Below, piece after piece: positions 51,172 through 63,255 of a stretch of 64,000 nt of DNA. The notes below the pieces were generated by a model. That model saw only the letters and a program-made list of their open reading frames with translations. It was not told where the DNA came from and did not search any database. How positions within the stretch are numbered: the first letter of the stretch is position 1; every line of letters begins with the position of its first letter. Source of the DNA: Lytechinus pictus (Eukaryota); NCBI RefSeq assembly GCF_037042905.1, contig NC_087245.1, positions 7,318,001 through 7,382,000 on the forward strand, written 5' to 3'. Position numbers and translations under genes: made by a program.

Positions 51172-51609
51172 TATTACCATCTTTTACCTCTGACACGCCT
51201 TATTTGAACCAAGAAAGCAACGAAAATGACAAACTTTAGTTGTAGTCTGGTCTGTCGTCATTAAATTAACGCCGAAGCTGCTTTTTAGCTCGAATTTTGG
51301 AACAATGGACATGTCATGATTGATGGACATGGTCCATGGACATCATGCCATGGGCCCCGTGTATTGTCTTTTGTGTTACTGTTACTTATAAGTTATAGTC
51401 ACTTTTATATTAACTCAGTGTTAATGTTAGATCTGGAATCCTGGGCTCCGTAACACAAAGGTTTGTGATGGATTGCAAATATGAAAGAACCACACTGATT
51501 CGTCCCTACCAAATGCGCATGTAACATTGATGATACATCATGGTCAGTTGTCATAGGCATAGCGATAAATCGCTATCTAAAATAATCTAGATTTAATCGA
51601 GGCCTACAG

Positions 51610-53020
51610 TAGACAGCTGGCAGCCGTCTGTTTCGAGGAGTTTTTTAACATTTTTTTTTTTTTAATTTCTCCTCATACACAGACGGCTCGCTAGCGTGCA
51701 GCCACCATTAGGGGACTTGCAATGCAAAATCCCCCCGTCGGGGCTCTTCAATTTTTGTCTTTAATGAGTAAAAATTTTGAAAATTCACGTGACCAAAATG
51801 CAAATTAATATTCCCTCTTGGCATCAATTGCCAAAAAACGGAGGAAAATCAAGTTAAAAGGAACAAAAACAGTGACTTACCTCGGCTGTCGCGCAAATTC
51901 ACTTCCCCGTTTTATCCGATCTTAAGTACATAAACATATGGCCATTGAGTCCCCTGTACAGATCGCGCTAGAACTTCGGTCTCTGTATTTGGTGAGTGAA
52001 GCCAACGGAGTTCAGCTGAACAACCAACATAACAGAGATCGAAGCTTTTGGTCTAGGCCTACAGTAGAGGCGCACGGCCAATATTGGAGACTGTCTCTAA
52101 TGTGGGAGATTATCTCCAATATCAGAGACTTTTGTAAAGAATTTGGGTATCCAATTTCAGAGACAGTCTCCAGTTTTGGAAACCAATTTCCTTTGTTTAC
52201 ATTTGCTGCAAAAGGATTACCTTAGCGGCAAATAAAAATGTGATACTGATAAGGAGATTCCTCATGAAAAATTACCCCTTTTCACCGCCTACTTTTGTTT
52301 TGATAAGGATTTTTGTTGTCAATCACACACAAAACAAATGGGCTTCTGACCTCGGTGAGACAAACTTTTGGGTGGAAAAAATCATGCTTTTGTTGGTGTT
52401 GACTGTTGTCTCTTTTGTCCTTTTGCAAAGCAAGTCTCCAAATGTGGGAGATTGTCTCCCCTATTGGAGAGAGTCTCCCATATTGGCCGTGCGCCTCTAC
52501 TGATCTAAGACAATAATGAGTGTTAATTAACTTACGGAGCCCAGGTCCAGGATCACTTGTCCCTATATAGGCCTAGACCAAAAACTTCGGTCTCTGTTAT
52601 GTTGCCTTGTTGGTTGTTCCGTTTGCTCCACTCGCCAACTACAGAGACCGAAGTTCTAGCTCGATCTGTACTACTAGTAGTAGTACTAGTACAGGGACTC
52701 AATCATCAATGGCCATATCATAATATGTTTATCTATGTATTAAGAACGGATAAAACAGGGAAGTAAAGTTGCGCGACAGACAAAGTAAATCACTGTTTTT
52801 TCCCCGTTTTGGTGCGTTTCAGGCCAAAAACGGAATAATCTTTATTTTGGTCCAGTTCTTTTTGTATATTTTTATGAACTAAAGACAAAAATCGATGAGC
52901 CCCTCGGGGGGATTTTGCATTGTTTACCCCCTAATAGCGAGCCGTCTGTGTACGAGGAGAAATCTAAAAAAATTAAAAATGTTAAAAAAGTCCTCGAAAT
53001 AGATCGCTGCCAGCTGTCTA
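51610..53020. repeat. Large inverted repeat (arms ~51610-52060 and ~52570-53020)
   Basis: tagacagctggcagc / gctgccagctgtcta; gaacaaccaacataacagag..ttttggtctaggcct / aggcctagaccaaaa..ctctgttatgttg; cacagacggctcgcta / tagcgagccgtctgtg. Confidence 0.85.
52062..52502. mobile_element. Tc1/mariner-type MITE (CAGT... TIR)
   Basis: Perfect 23-bp TIR cagtagaggcgcacggccaatat / atattggccgtgcgcctctactg; TA on the left flank only. Confidence 0.8.
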
Positions 53021-53472
53021 GTCCGTGTAATACTAGGCAGACATGTACTCTCGAAAATGGGGTTGCAATAGCACTCCAAATAAAAGGAGAAAAAATAAAT
53101 TATGCACTTACCTCGATTATATGGACATGATGGATAAATAAGGTCTATCGTGACACAGAATCCTGACATCAAGGCACAAACTGGAACCTCGAAAAAAGGA
53201 AAAGTTAGACCTCTATGTCGCATTCGTTATTGGTATCGATCGGCCATTTTGTTTTCAATTTTGAAAGAAGGAGAACGAACGAGACAGAAATTTCCTTTTT
53301 TAGGTCCAGTTTGTGCCTTTATGTCGGGATTCTGTGTCACGATAGACCTTCATCCATATAATTGAGGTAGATCTAAGTGCATAGTTTATTTTCCCCCCTT
53401 AAATTTGGGGTGCTATTGCGACCCCATTCTACCTCATTTTGGAGAGTACCCTCTGCCTAATATTACACGGAC
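53021..53472. mobile_element. Palindromic (foldback) MITE
   Basis: gtccgtgtaata..ggtctatcgtgacacagaatc mirrored by gattctgtgtcacgatagacc..tattacacggac; arms ~185 bp. Confidence 0.82.
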
Positions 53473-53795
53473 GAGTCCTGAGCTCCCTGGGTTAGGCCCC
53501 TGGCTGGATGGGTTTTTTTTTTTGTAATTTCATTACCGGTATTCACTCCAAATTTGTATAACAACCCAATGCGTAGTGTATTATGGTGGGTATAGACTAG
53601 CCTTGAGGACTCTGTGATGATATTTTAAAAATATTTTTAGTCTACATAATACTTTAACATCACAGAGCCTTGACATGATCCCCATGTGCCTAAGCGCGAC
53701 ATGTAAACACAGATTGATTTTCCTAGGAAATCCATCGATGAATAAGGAGCATTGACTATAATTGTTATTTTTTGCCACCTTTACTTTTTGCCCAT

Positions 53796-54137
53796 GACCC
53801 TGTTTACAGTGAAAAAAAAATTAACTGTAAACGCACGCAGGGCCAAATGCGGTACCAAATGCGACACCGGAAGTGAAACTGAAAGGATCGTTACATCATA
53901 GGAAATGACTTTTAGCTTTGCATTTCGCAATTTGGTCTTTATGCTTTTTCCCGCGCCAGCACGACCCCGGCATGCCACAAAATAATCGTTTGTTTACATG
54001 TAGAGTGTCACAACGACAAAGTATTGAAAGGCTAAAATCTAGACAGGACCAAGCCCGCCACTGTAAATGCACAAAATAGGGAGGCCATCAAGTACCGCAA
54101 TTCAGCCCGGGCTCGGCCCTGCACTGTAAACGGGGTC
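53796..54137. mobile_element. MITE with 16-bp TIRs, PIF/Harbinger-like
   Basis: gaccctgtttacagtg ... cactgtaaacggggtc (1 mismatch). Confidence 0.72.
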
Positions 54138-55065
54138 TGAAAAGACAACCAAAATAAATGCCAAAGTGTTATGATCTTTCCAATGCAATAATTCATATCA
54201 AATATACATGTATGATAAAAAATCTATTGACAGGTTACATGTAGGACATATTTGCCAACAAAGCTTGACCATTTCGTCAGTGGTTATCCGAACTGTCGTA
54301 TCACACATACGACAATGCAAACCCATTTCAGATAAAATCAACTTCAAAGTTTACTATTATTTCCACACTTTTTTCCCTTGAGCCTTGCATCATGTTCATT
54401 GCCAGAAGTAACATGGTTGGAAAGATCAAGACAATGGTTTAACATTGGTATCTTTATTGTTACACAAAACCAAAAATCAGAGAAAATATTGCAAAAGAGC
54501 TACATGCTTGTAATTTCTGTTTGAGCCCTTTAGATTTTCCCTGTACAAAAACGCCATCTGTAGGGATACAACCCTGACCACAATTTTAATGTGCGAGATT
54601 AAGCAAAATGTATCGCTCTTTCACATGCAAAGTCGGTGCATGCAGATACGATGGTCTGATCATGCATTTGGTCCAGTACATGTACATGTTTCCAATGGGA
54701 TTTGTGCATTTTATCAGAAATTTTTACGGCATCGCCGTGAAAATCCCCATATATCTCAGAAACTAAATTAAATTGTTGCCTAGAAATTTAAAGATGTATA
54801 GAATAGGACTTATCCATTTCTGCAAAAATCTTTAAATCATTTTTTTTTTTTTAAACAACCAAAATTAACTGATACGATGATTCGGATGAACACTGACGAT
54901 TGCGCAGTTTGTATACCTTTTTTTTGTGAGTAACAACAAAGGATGCTTCCATGTTTAAAATGGCTAGACAGTGCATGACTGTGAGACCAGGCTTTAAATG
55001 CATCTGCTTCTTGTTTTGTTATAGGTAATCTGATCTCGACCTACATTCTATGATCATTGTTTAAA

Positions 55066-55247
55066 ATGACCGATGGAAAGAATGAACTTCATTCATCAAG
55101 TAGAAAATCTTCCAGACTCGCCTCCAAACAGGCCTTTGAAATGCCAACCCGAGAAGCGGTTCTTGGAAAGATTGAAGTAGACAAGACACCCCATAAGAGC
55201 TTCCAGCATCTCAGACATCGAAAATTGGTTTTTAATTTGGTGAAGGG
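55066..55247 (+). CDS. Gene 2, first coding exon (MTDGKNEL...FNLVKG)
   Basis: Acceptor gttatag at 55024; ATG in aaaATG context; donor GG|gtaag in phase 2 matches the next exon. Confidence 0.75.
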
Positions 55248-55561
55248 GTAAGTTTCTGATGAAAAGAATTAGCTAGGTGGAAAAGAAATCATAACATTTA
55301 ATCTGATCAGATTAAATGATATGCCATCCTGTCATAAGAATTCAAGTTTGGCATTACTTTAAATAATATCATACATCATCTCACAACCATTACATCACTG
55401 TAATAGCTAGTACATTGTTTGAGTAAACCCTAGGTAGTGTTTTTGTAGTCCTTATTTGGAAAGATGGAAGGTGTAGTATCTATGTCATTGTATTTGATTT
55501 GCTCATTTGCTCACATTTGATCATTTACTGTTTTCCTTCTGATTTTGTTCTCTCTTTTCAG

Positions 55562-58546
55562 ACACAATAGATACAACAACACTGATCCCATATCTCTCTG
55601 GGAAGACGATGCTTTAGCAGATTTTATTGTGGACGAAAATGAGGAAGAAGATAGCGAGGAACATAGTTCCAGCGATGGAGACGACGGAAGCAGTAGTGAA
55701 GACAGCAGTGCTGATGACAACAAGGACTTCAAATCTTCCAAATCTGAAAGAACAACAAGTAGACAGAAAACAAGTGGAAAAATTAAATCAAATGGAACAA
55801 GAAATGATTCTACAGGACCAAAGAAGACCAAATTACAAATGGATGGGAGTAGATACCATAGGAACCAAAGGAAAGATGATGATCGTAATCATCAGAGTGA
55901 TGATGAAGACACATCAATTCAGAGGAGCCAAATAACGAGAAGACGGAGAGTAACTATCAGTAGTGATGATGATGATGACGATGATGATGACGACGATGAT
56001 GATGACGATGATAATGATGGTGGTCATGGTGGAAGTAGTGATGATGATGATGATGATGATGATGGTGATGGTGGTCATGGTGAAAGTAGTGATGATGATG
56101 ATGATGGTGATGATGACGACGATGATGACGATGATAATGATGGTGATGGTGGTCATGGTGGAAGTAGTGATGATGATGATGATGATGATGATGAAGAAAT
56201 TGGCCAAAACTCAAGTAGTACATGTTCACAGAGAAAAAAAATAGGGGAAGAAGAAAGAAATGATGATGCTGTTGCTAATGGAGTGGTCCATAAATCAAAA
56301 CGCAAACATGTTCTTAAGAAGAAAATGAGGTCACAGATTGAAAGCAGTAGTGAAGAAAGCAGTGATGATAAAGATGAAAATGATAGTGCTGTTGATGATG
56401 AGGAGGACAAAGAAATAATTAAGAAATCAAGAAACACACTTGGGAAAAGAATGTCAAATATAACAAGTAGGAAAGATGAATACAGTGATAGTGATGATAG
56501 TGATTTCAACAACATAATCCAGAAAGCTAGGAACACACCTGGGAAGAGAAGAGTGATAAAGATTGAAAGTAGTAGTGAAAATGATGAAAGTGATAACCAA
56601 ATTACCAAGAAATCAAAGGGTAAACCCAAAAAGAGAAGTACAAGAGCTACTTTTAAAAGTGACGTTCAAAAGGACAAAAATGCTAATGCAGAGGAGGAGG
56701 ATGCTGATGAAATCTGTAAATCCAGAACCACTCCTAGGAAGAGAAGAGTGATAAAGAGTGAAAGTAGTAGTGAAGATGACAGTGGTGATAACATTACCAA
56801 GAAAGTGAAAAACACCCACGAGAAGAAATTGAGAACAAAGGGCCAGAGAACCAATAAAAACAAAGAACTTGTACATAAATCGGAAAGTACCATTATGAAG
56901 AGAAGCTTGAGATCACCCCGCAGAATTAAGTATAGTAACAATGAAAGTGGCAATGGCATTATCCAAAGGGCTCGAAGTACCCCTGAAAATGAAAACAGAA
57001 ACAGATCGAAGATTGAAAGCAGTAGTGACGATGAGATTGATAAGAAACCCATTAAGAGAACAAGATCACAGATGAGAAGTGCTGAAGAAGGAAAAGCTCA
57101 AGATGAAGATGATGATGGTGATAAAATTATTAATTCAAGAACCACACCTAGGAAGAGGGGAACAAAAATTGAAAGCAGCAGTGATGAACTTACCAAGGAA
57201 CCGATAAATACCCCTCACAAAAGGACAAGATCACAAATCAGAGGCGTTGTAAAAGATCATGATAACAAAGATGTTGATTGTTATGGTAATAACGTAATTA
57301 TCTCTAAATCCAGAACCACACCTAGGAAAAGAAGAGTAATTGAAAGTAGTAGCGAAGATGACAAAAAAGTCAAAGGTACCCCTAAGAAGAGAATGAGGAC
57401 AAAGCCCAATAGTGAAGATAAAAATAGCAAAGTTGATGAACTTAAACAGAGATCCAAAAGTACTGTATTAAAGAGAAGCTCTAGATCACCATGCACAATT
57501 AATGAAGATGAAAGTGATGAAGCAATTATCCAAAGAGCTCGAAGTACCCCCGAAAAAAAAAATGGACCATTGCTCGATATCAGTAATGACAATGAAATTA
57601 TCAACAAATCCATAGATATTTCTAAGAGAACAAGATCACAGAACAGAAGTGCGAAAGAAGAAAAAGCGCATGATGACAAAGATGATGATGATGATGATGA
57701 TGATGATGACGGCTATGAAATTATCCATAAGTCCAGAACCACCCCTAGTAGGAGAGGAATAAAGATTGAAAGCAGTAGTGAAGGCAGCAGTGAAGATGAA
57801 CTTGCCATAATTACACCTCAGAAAAGGGCAAGATCACTAGGCAGAAGCTATGCAAACGAGGACAAAGATCAAGATGACAAAGATGTTGATGATGATGTTG
57901 ATGGAGTAGATGAGAAGTCCAAAAGGAACATAAGAACTAGACAGGTGAGAGTAAAGCTCATGAATATTTGTAAAGAAAGAAAAGGCGATGATGCTAAAGA
58001 TGATGGTAGTGGTGGTGATGATGATGATGATAGAAACCTGAAGCAATCCAAAAGCATCCCTGGTCAGCAGAGAAAGAGATCACAGCTTAAAACAATTACT
58101 GTTGATGAAACAGAGTTTGATGATGATGATGACTATGAAATTATCCATAAGTCCAGAACTACTCCTAGTAGGAGAGGAACAAAGATTGAAAGTAGTGAAG
58201 GCAGCAGTGAAGATGAACTTGCCATAAATACGCCTCAGAAAAGGACAAGATCACCAGTCAGAAGCTATGCAAACGACAAAGATCAATATGACAAAGATGT
58301 TGATGATGTTGATGGAATAGATGAGAAGTCCAAAAGTAACAGAAGAACTAGACAGGTGAGAGTAAATCTCATGAATATTTGTAAAGAAAGAAAAGGCGAT
58401 GATGCTAAAGATAATGGCAGTGGTGGTGATGATGATGATGATAGAAACATGAAGCAATCCAAAAGCATCCCTGGTCAGCTGAGAATGAGATCACAGCTTA
58501 AAACAAATGCTGTCAATAAAACAGAATTTGTTGTTGATGATGATGG

Positions 58547-58602
<56 letters not shown>

Positions 58603-58886
58603 ATGATGATGATTATGATGATGATTGTGATGATGATAGTGACAATGATATCCAGAAAAATAGAAACAGCCTTAGAAAAAGGACACTGAAGATTGAAAGT
58701 AGTAGTGAAGACAATGACAGTGATGCACTAAATTCCCCTGGTAGAAGGTTGCGATCACAGCTCAAAAGGAATGCTAATGAAGACGAGAGTATCGGTAGAA
58801 GGGGGAAAGGTGGTAGTCGAGTAATCCAGAAACCTATTGGTACTCCAGAGAAGAGAAGAACCCAATCACAGGTAGAAACAGTCTAG
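55562..58886 (+). CDS. Gene 2, large exon: acidic/basic low-complexity repeat protein, probably nuclear and disordered (~1165 aa in total)
   Basis: tttcag|A CAC phase-2 acceptor; 3.3-kb open frame; poly-Asp, TPxK/R, IESSSE and LADFIVD motifs; the end is either TAG 58884-58886 or a splice at 58871. Confidence 0.82.
57714..58505 (+). repeat. Intragenic 420-bp (140-aa) tandem duplication in gene 2
   Basis: tatgaaattatccataagtccagaac at 57714 and 58134; YEIIHKSRTTPSRRG...RSQLKT occurs twice. Confidence 0.92.
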
Positions 58887-59571
58887 CTGTTGATTCAAAC
58901 TCATTCCATTCATGATCTGGACTAAGCATTTTAAATATTATTTGTAGATGAAGAGAGTGTGAACAAGAATAATACTGTTAGTAAAATAAGTTGACCAATC
59001 ACTTGCCAGCTGCTTAAACAGTTTTGTTTTCTCTCCCCTTTCCATCTCTGTCCATGTTTACCAAGTGTCACTTTGCTTCATCAAAAATATAAGGTCTTAT
59101 AAAAAGCTATTAATTTTCAGCTTGCTGCTAATTTGAATATATTTTTTTCATGATTTTACCAATCCAGTTTAGCTGTGATATTTGTAATAATGACATATTA
59201 TTGTCTTCTAACTCTGGAAACAAGACAAATCATAGTGAATGTATGTATATTAAGACTGTTGTGCATATGGTATCACTATACAGTATACTAATTTGCTTAA
59301 TTTTGTGATATTTCAAAATTCATGTAATAAACTAGTCTGATGTGCAAACCCTTCACTCGAGTTAAGGGTCTGAATGTGCAGCCTACTCATGCCTTGTGTA
59401 CTGAAGGCCCTCTGAAAGCGGCAAGTTTTTAATGTACTAGTCTTTGCGTGGAGATACTCGTTGATCAAAGTTTCAATCAGGGTCTGTGCCTGCAGACCAG
59501 TAATAACCCTCAGCTGAATGTGTTTGGGTGCAGGCTTGAAGTGTAGAAATTGCACTTAGAGGGGGCTTTAA

Positions 59572-60084
59572 AGGACAAGTCCATTCCAACAAATGAGAAA
59601 GCGATGACAGTTTGCTTAATTTCACAAAACAGTTATATATGCACATCCTGGTCGGTATGCAAATGAGGAGACTTATGACGTCATCCACCCACTAATTTCT
59701 TTTGTATTTTATTATATGAAATATTAGAATTTTCTCATTGTCAAGTGAAACAACAATTAATTCCTCCTTGAACATGTGGAATTACCATTGTTTGATATGA
59801 TATGGTTCAGTCAAGTTGGTCTTTATTGTCAAATCTGTAAAAATGAAGTATTATATAATTCAAACAATAAAAAACAAAAGAAATAGTGAGTGAAGGACAT
59901 CATCGTCTGTCCCATTTGCATGTCACTGAGTTGTGCATATCACTGTTTTGTGAAAACTAAGCGAAACTTTAAAATTTCATAACTTTCTTATTTTACATCC
60001 GATTGTGATGAAATTTTCAGCGTTATGCTAGTTTGATTTTTCCTTATTTATTCAAATCAACATATTTCTGGGTGGACTTGACCT
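59572..60084. mobile_element. Non-autonomous Kolobok-like DNA transposon with TTAA TSD
   Basis: ttaa|aggacaagtcca ... tggacttgacct|ttaa. Confidence 0.82.
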
Positions 60085-61091
60085 TTAATGAGTGGGATGT
60101 TCTTATGGTCTTCTAGTTTCATTTATTCATGCAAAGTTTCATCCTATTGTTCTTTATGAAACATACAGTCTTTTGTTTTGTTAAATTATGATTTGAAAGC
60201 AATTTGATTAACCTGTAGCAGTTATGTATTTTATAATGAAATACACAATTAGTGTTAATTCCTATTTGGCATATCAGTTTGTAGGTCTATTGAAGATGAC
60301 CTAATTTTTTATTTGATTATAGGAATGAAGAGAAATATCTATTTCATGAATTATGAATGTGTTTCAAATGAGTTTTTATTCATTATGCAATATGAGGGAC
60401 ATGTAGTGAAAAATTTATTATCAACTGCTGGATCATTTATCAATCGATCAATCAGACAATAATATGAAGATGAATCAATTGTTTAACGCTAAATTAATCG
60501 ATTGTGTGATTACTGATTAGCTGATTACTTGGTTGAGTGAATAAGTTTATAATTGATTTACTGAGCCATTATATGGGTGGTTGATTGAACATACACCCAA
60601 GTACTAAGATTTTCTCATCGATGAAGTTGACCACCAGTTCAATACATATGTTGATATGTCAGACATTGTGTGAAAATATTATTTCATTTTGAGGATGTAT
60701 GCCAAGATCTTTTCATAAAGTACCTCATAATCACCTTTGGATAAAACGTGATGCCTCTGACATAGCAACATTATTGTTGATGTGATAATAAACAGGTAGC
60801 CAACTCTGGTCATTTCAGAGTTAATGATGAACAGATAAACTAGTAATAAAATCTGTGTATAATATGATCAGAAGCTAAAGCAAGTTTGAAACAAAATAAT
60901 ATGTCAACAGACTCATTTTGATTTGGAATACAGGGACCCTTTTCTTGTTACTTGGATGGATGATTGGTTTTGATTCATCTGAGCATTGCTGGGTTTCCCT
61001 GTCAAGCTTTCTTTCTTTTATACATGTACATGCTGTATGTAAATAGCATTATTTTGCCATAAATTAACTGTAAATAATGCATAGATGTGTG

Positions 61092-61097
61092 AATAAA
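61092..61097 (+). other. Candidate polyadenylation signal of gene 2
   Basis: AATAAA after an AU-rich tract with TGTA motifs; GT-rich sequence downstream. Confidence 0.3.
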
Positions 61098-61694
61098 AGT
61101 ACATTTAAAACAGATACAAAGATGACTCTGAATTCATCTGCAGTCTGTCCATTTGTAGATAAGGTCGGATAAAGAACTGTGTTTGGTTTGGACATTGTTG
61201 GTCAACATCCATATGCTCTGGTGCTTAGAGGATTGATTATGTTGTGTGTGTGATTGTGTCTCATTCGATGAAGGGTATGAATTAACAAGCGTTGCAAAGA
61301 GGAAAATCATAACATGATACAACTGCGTAAGATGTATTCACCAAATACTGAGAATGGATGAATTGAGAGAGGTAAGAAAGAGAAAAAAAGAATGAGATAA
61401 ACGGGAGATAAAGTGGGGGGGGGGGGGGGGGGTGGTCAGTCGCAGATTTGAAAGTGTGTAGTGACTAATATTTCTCCTTTCATATGACGGTTCTCTGAAT
61501 ATATATAGTTTGAAGTGATAACATCTGCATTGTGGTTATGTGTCTGCTTCTCTGAAATTATGATTATTTGAGGAACTTCAATCAGTGACCAACTATACTT
61601 CGCCGTATGAAGAAAACTAGCTGAACATTATTCGGATATTTCTGTTTCCTGTTTTTTTTGTGGAGAACCTGATTCGCCCCTTTTTCAAATTTAA

Positions 61695-62170
61695 AGGGGG
61701 AGATCACCCTGACAAAAAAATTGTAAAAATAGCATTAAAAAAATAACTAAGAAATATTAGCGAAGGTTTGAGGAAAACCAATCAAAGATAAAAAGTTGTT
61801 AAAATATTGATGTTTTTATCTAAGACATCATAAGCGAGCAGCTTCCCTTTGTGTAGAAAAAAATCAATGGAATGTCATTTTCTCAAAAAAAGAAAATGAC
61901 AACGGTTTTTATTGTACCTTCAGTATATCGACAGACAATTTATATCACTCCCGCTCCTGAAATATTTTTGTGTCACCCTTAACCATTATAAAATTGAAAT
62001 TTATGCTTGTTATTTTACATAACATGGGGCAGCTGCTCGTAAATGACGTCACAAAACAAAATCTTAAATAATCCAATAACTTCCTTAATCTTTGATTGAT
62101 TTTTCTCAAACCTTCACCAATATTTTCAATTATTTTTCCTTGTGTTTTCACAAGAAAAATTTTCAATAAG
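61695..62170. mobile_element. Kolobok-like element, right end eroded
   Basis: ttaa|aggggg start; internal inverted repeat aatattagcgaaggtttgagg..aatcaaagat / atctttgatt..ctcaaaccttcaccaatatt. Confidence 0.5.
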
Positions 62171-62323
62171 AAAGACAAAATATACTTTTTTAAAAGTAGA
62201 AAAGGAAAATAAGAAGAAGGAGCAGGGGAAGAAATCAAAAGGGGTAGAAAACCAAGATCAGTGTATTGATTACAATTGACAATACGAGAAAAAAAAATGA
62301 AGAACTGCTTAGAATGAAAAGGG

Positions 62324-62472
62324 TTAACCATATTACACTCAGTACAAACTACATGAAATTATTTTTTTTAAATAGCTCGCGCTTCGCATTATCTAATTAG
62401 ATATTTATGTTCTTTTAAAAGATAAAGGTAAGAAGTGACTATCATATATACATATATATACATGATAGTCAC

Positions 62473-62506
<34 letters not shown>

Positions 62507-62623
62507 GATAGTCACTTCTTACCTTTATTCTTATAAAGGAACATAGATATCTAATCAAATAATGCGAAGCGCGAGCTATTTTTTTTTATTTCATGTAGTT
62601 TGTCCTGAGTGTAATATGGTTAA
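62324..62623. repeat. Near-perfect ~300-bp palindrome centred on (TA)n
   Basis: ttaaccatattacactcag..aagaagtgactatcat / atgatagtcacttctt..ctgagtgtaatatggttaa. Confidence 0.9.
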
Positions 62624-63255
62624 AGGAAAGAACGATATGAGAAGAAGAAAAATAAGGGAATGACAAGTGTAAAATTCACAAAGCTGCATGTTCGTAAGTT
62701 ATACGTGTTAGGCTCGGGATCTTCCCCACTTCATTTTTTAATATTGTTTATTAATTATTTCATAATTTGTAACAATGCTTGTGATCATGAGCGTCATCGC
62801 AGAGGATTATCCTTTATTCATGGGGGGACCTCTATTCTTGCGTTCCCCCCCCCCCCCATACAAGAGGTAATCCTCTGCTCTGACACCCGCGCTTAACCCT
62901 AATACGAAAGTCCTTATATCTTTTTTTTAATTAATTAATTTAATTATGCGAGAATAGATATTGGTATTTTTCACTAAATAAAGCCTCAGGAATGGCAATT
63001 TTTGGTACAAATGTCTTTCATAACTCATCAATTCCTGAAAGAAAAAGATAGGTTGTGGTAATTATTTCGCCTATGTATTTTATTGTTTTTTAAATTTTCT
63101 TATGTATTTCTCTGTTTTCGTCAAGCGTTTTCAGATGCGTATGTGTGGGAGTTTTTGTGTGTGGTAATTATTTACACTATTTGAAACAATGATGATAGGA
63201 CCTACTTACTAGAAAAGTATTTACGTAAAATGGAAAGCTTGATTTTGTCCATAGG

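Noticed and set aside
55914..58689. Poly-His, poly-Met and poly-Ile ORFs
   Set aside because: Alternative frames and strands of the (GAT)n poly-Asp codons
55562..58886. Gene 2 as a secreted Asp-rich biomineralisation (DSPP/aspein-like) protein
   Set aside because: No hydrophobic signal peptide in MTDGKNEL..., and many NLS-like and CDK motifs; the similarity is compositional only
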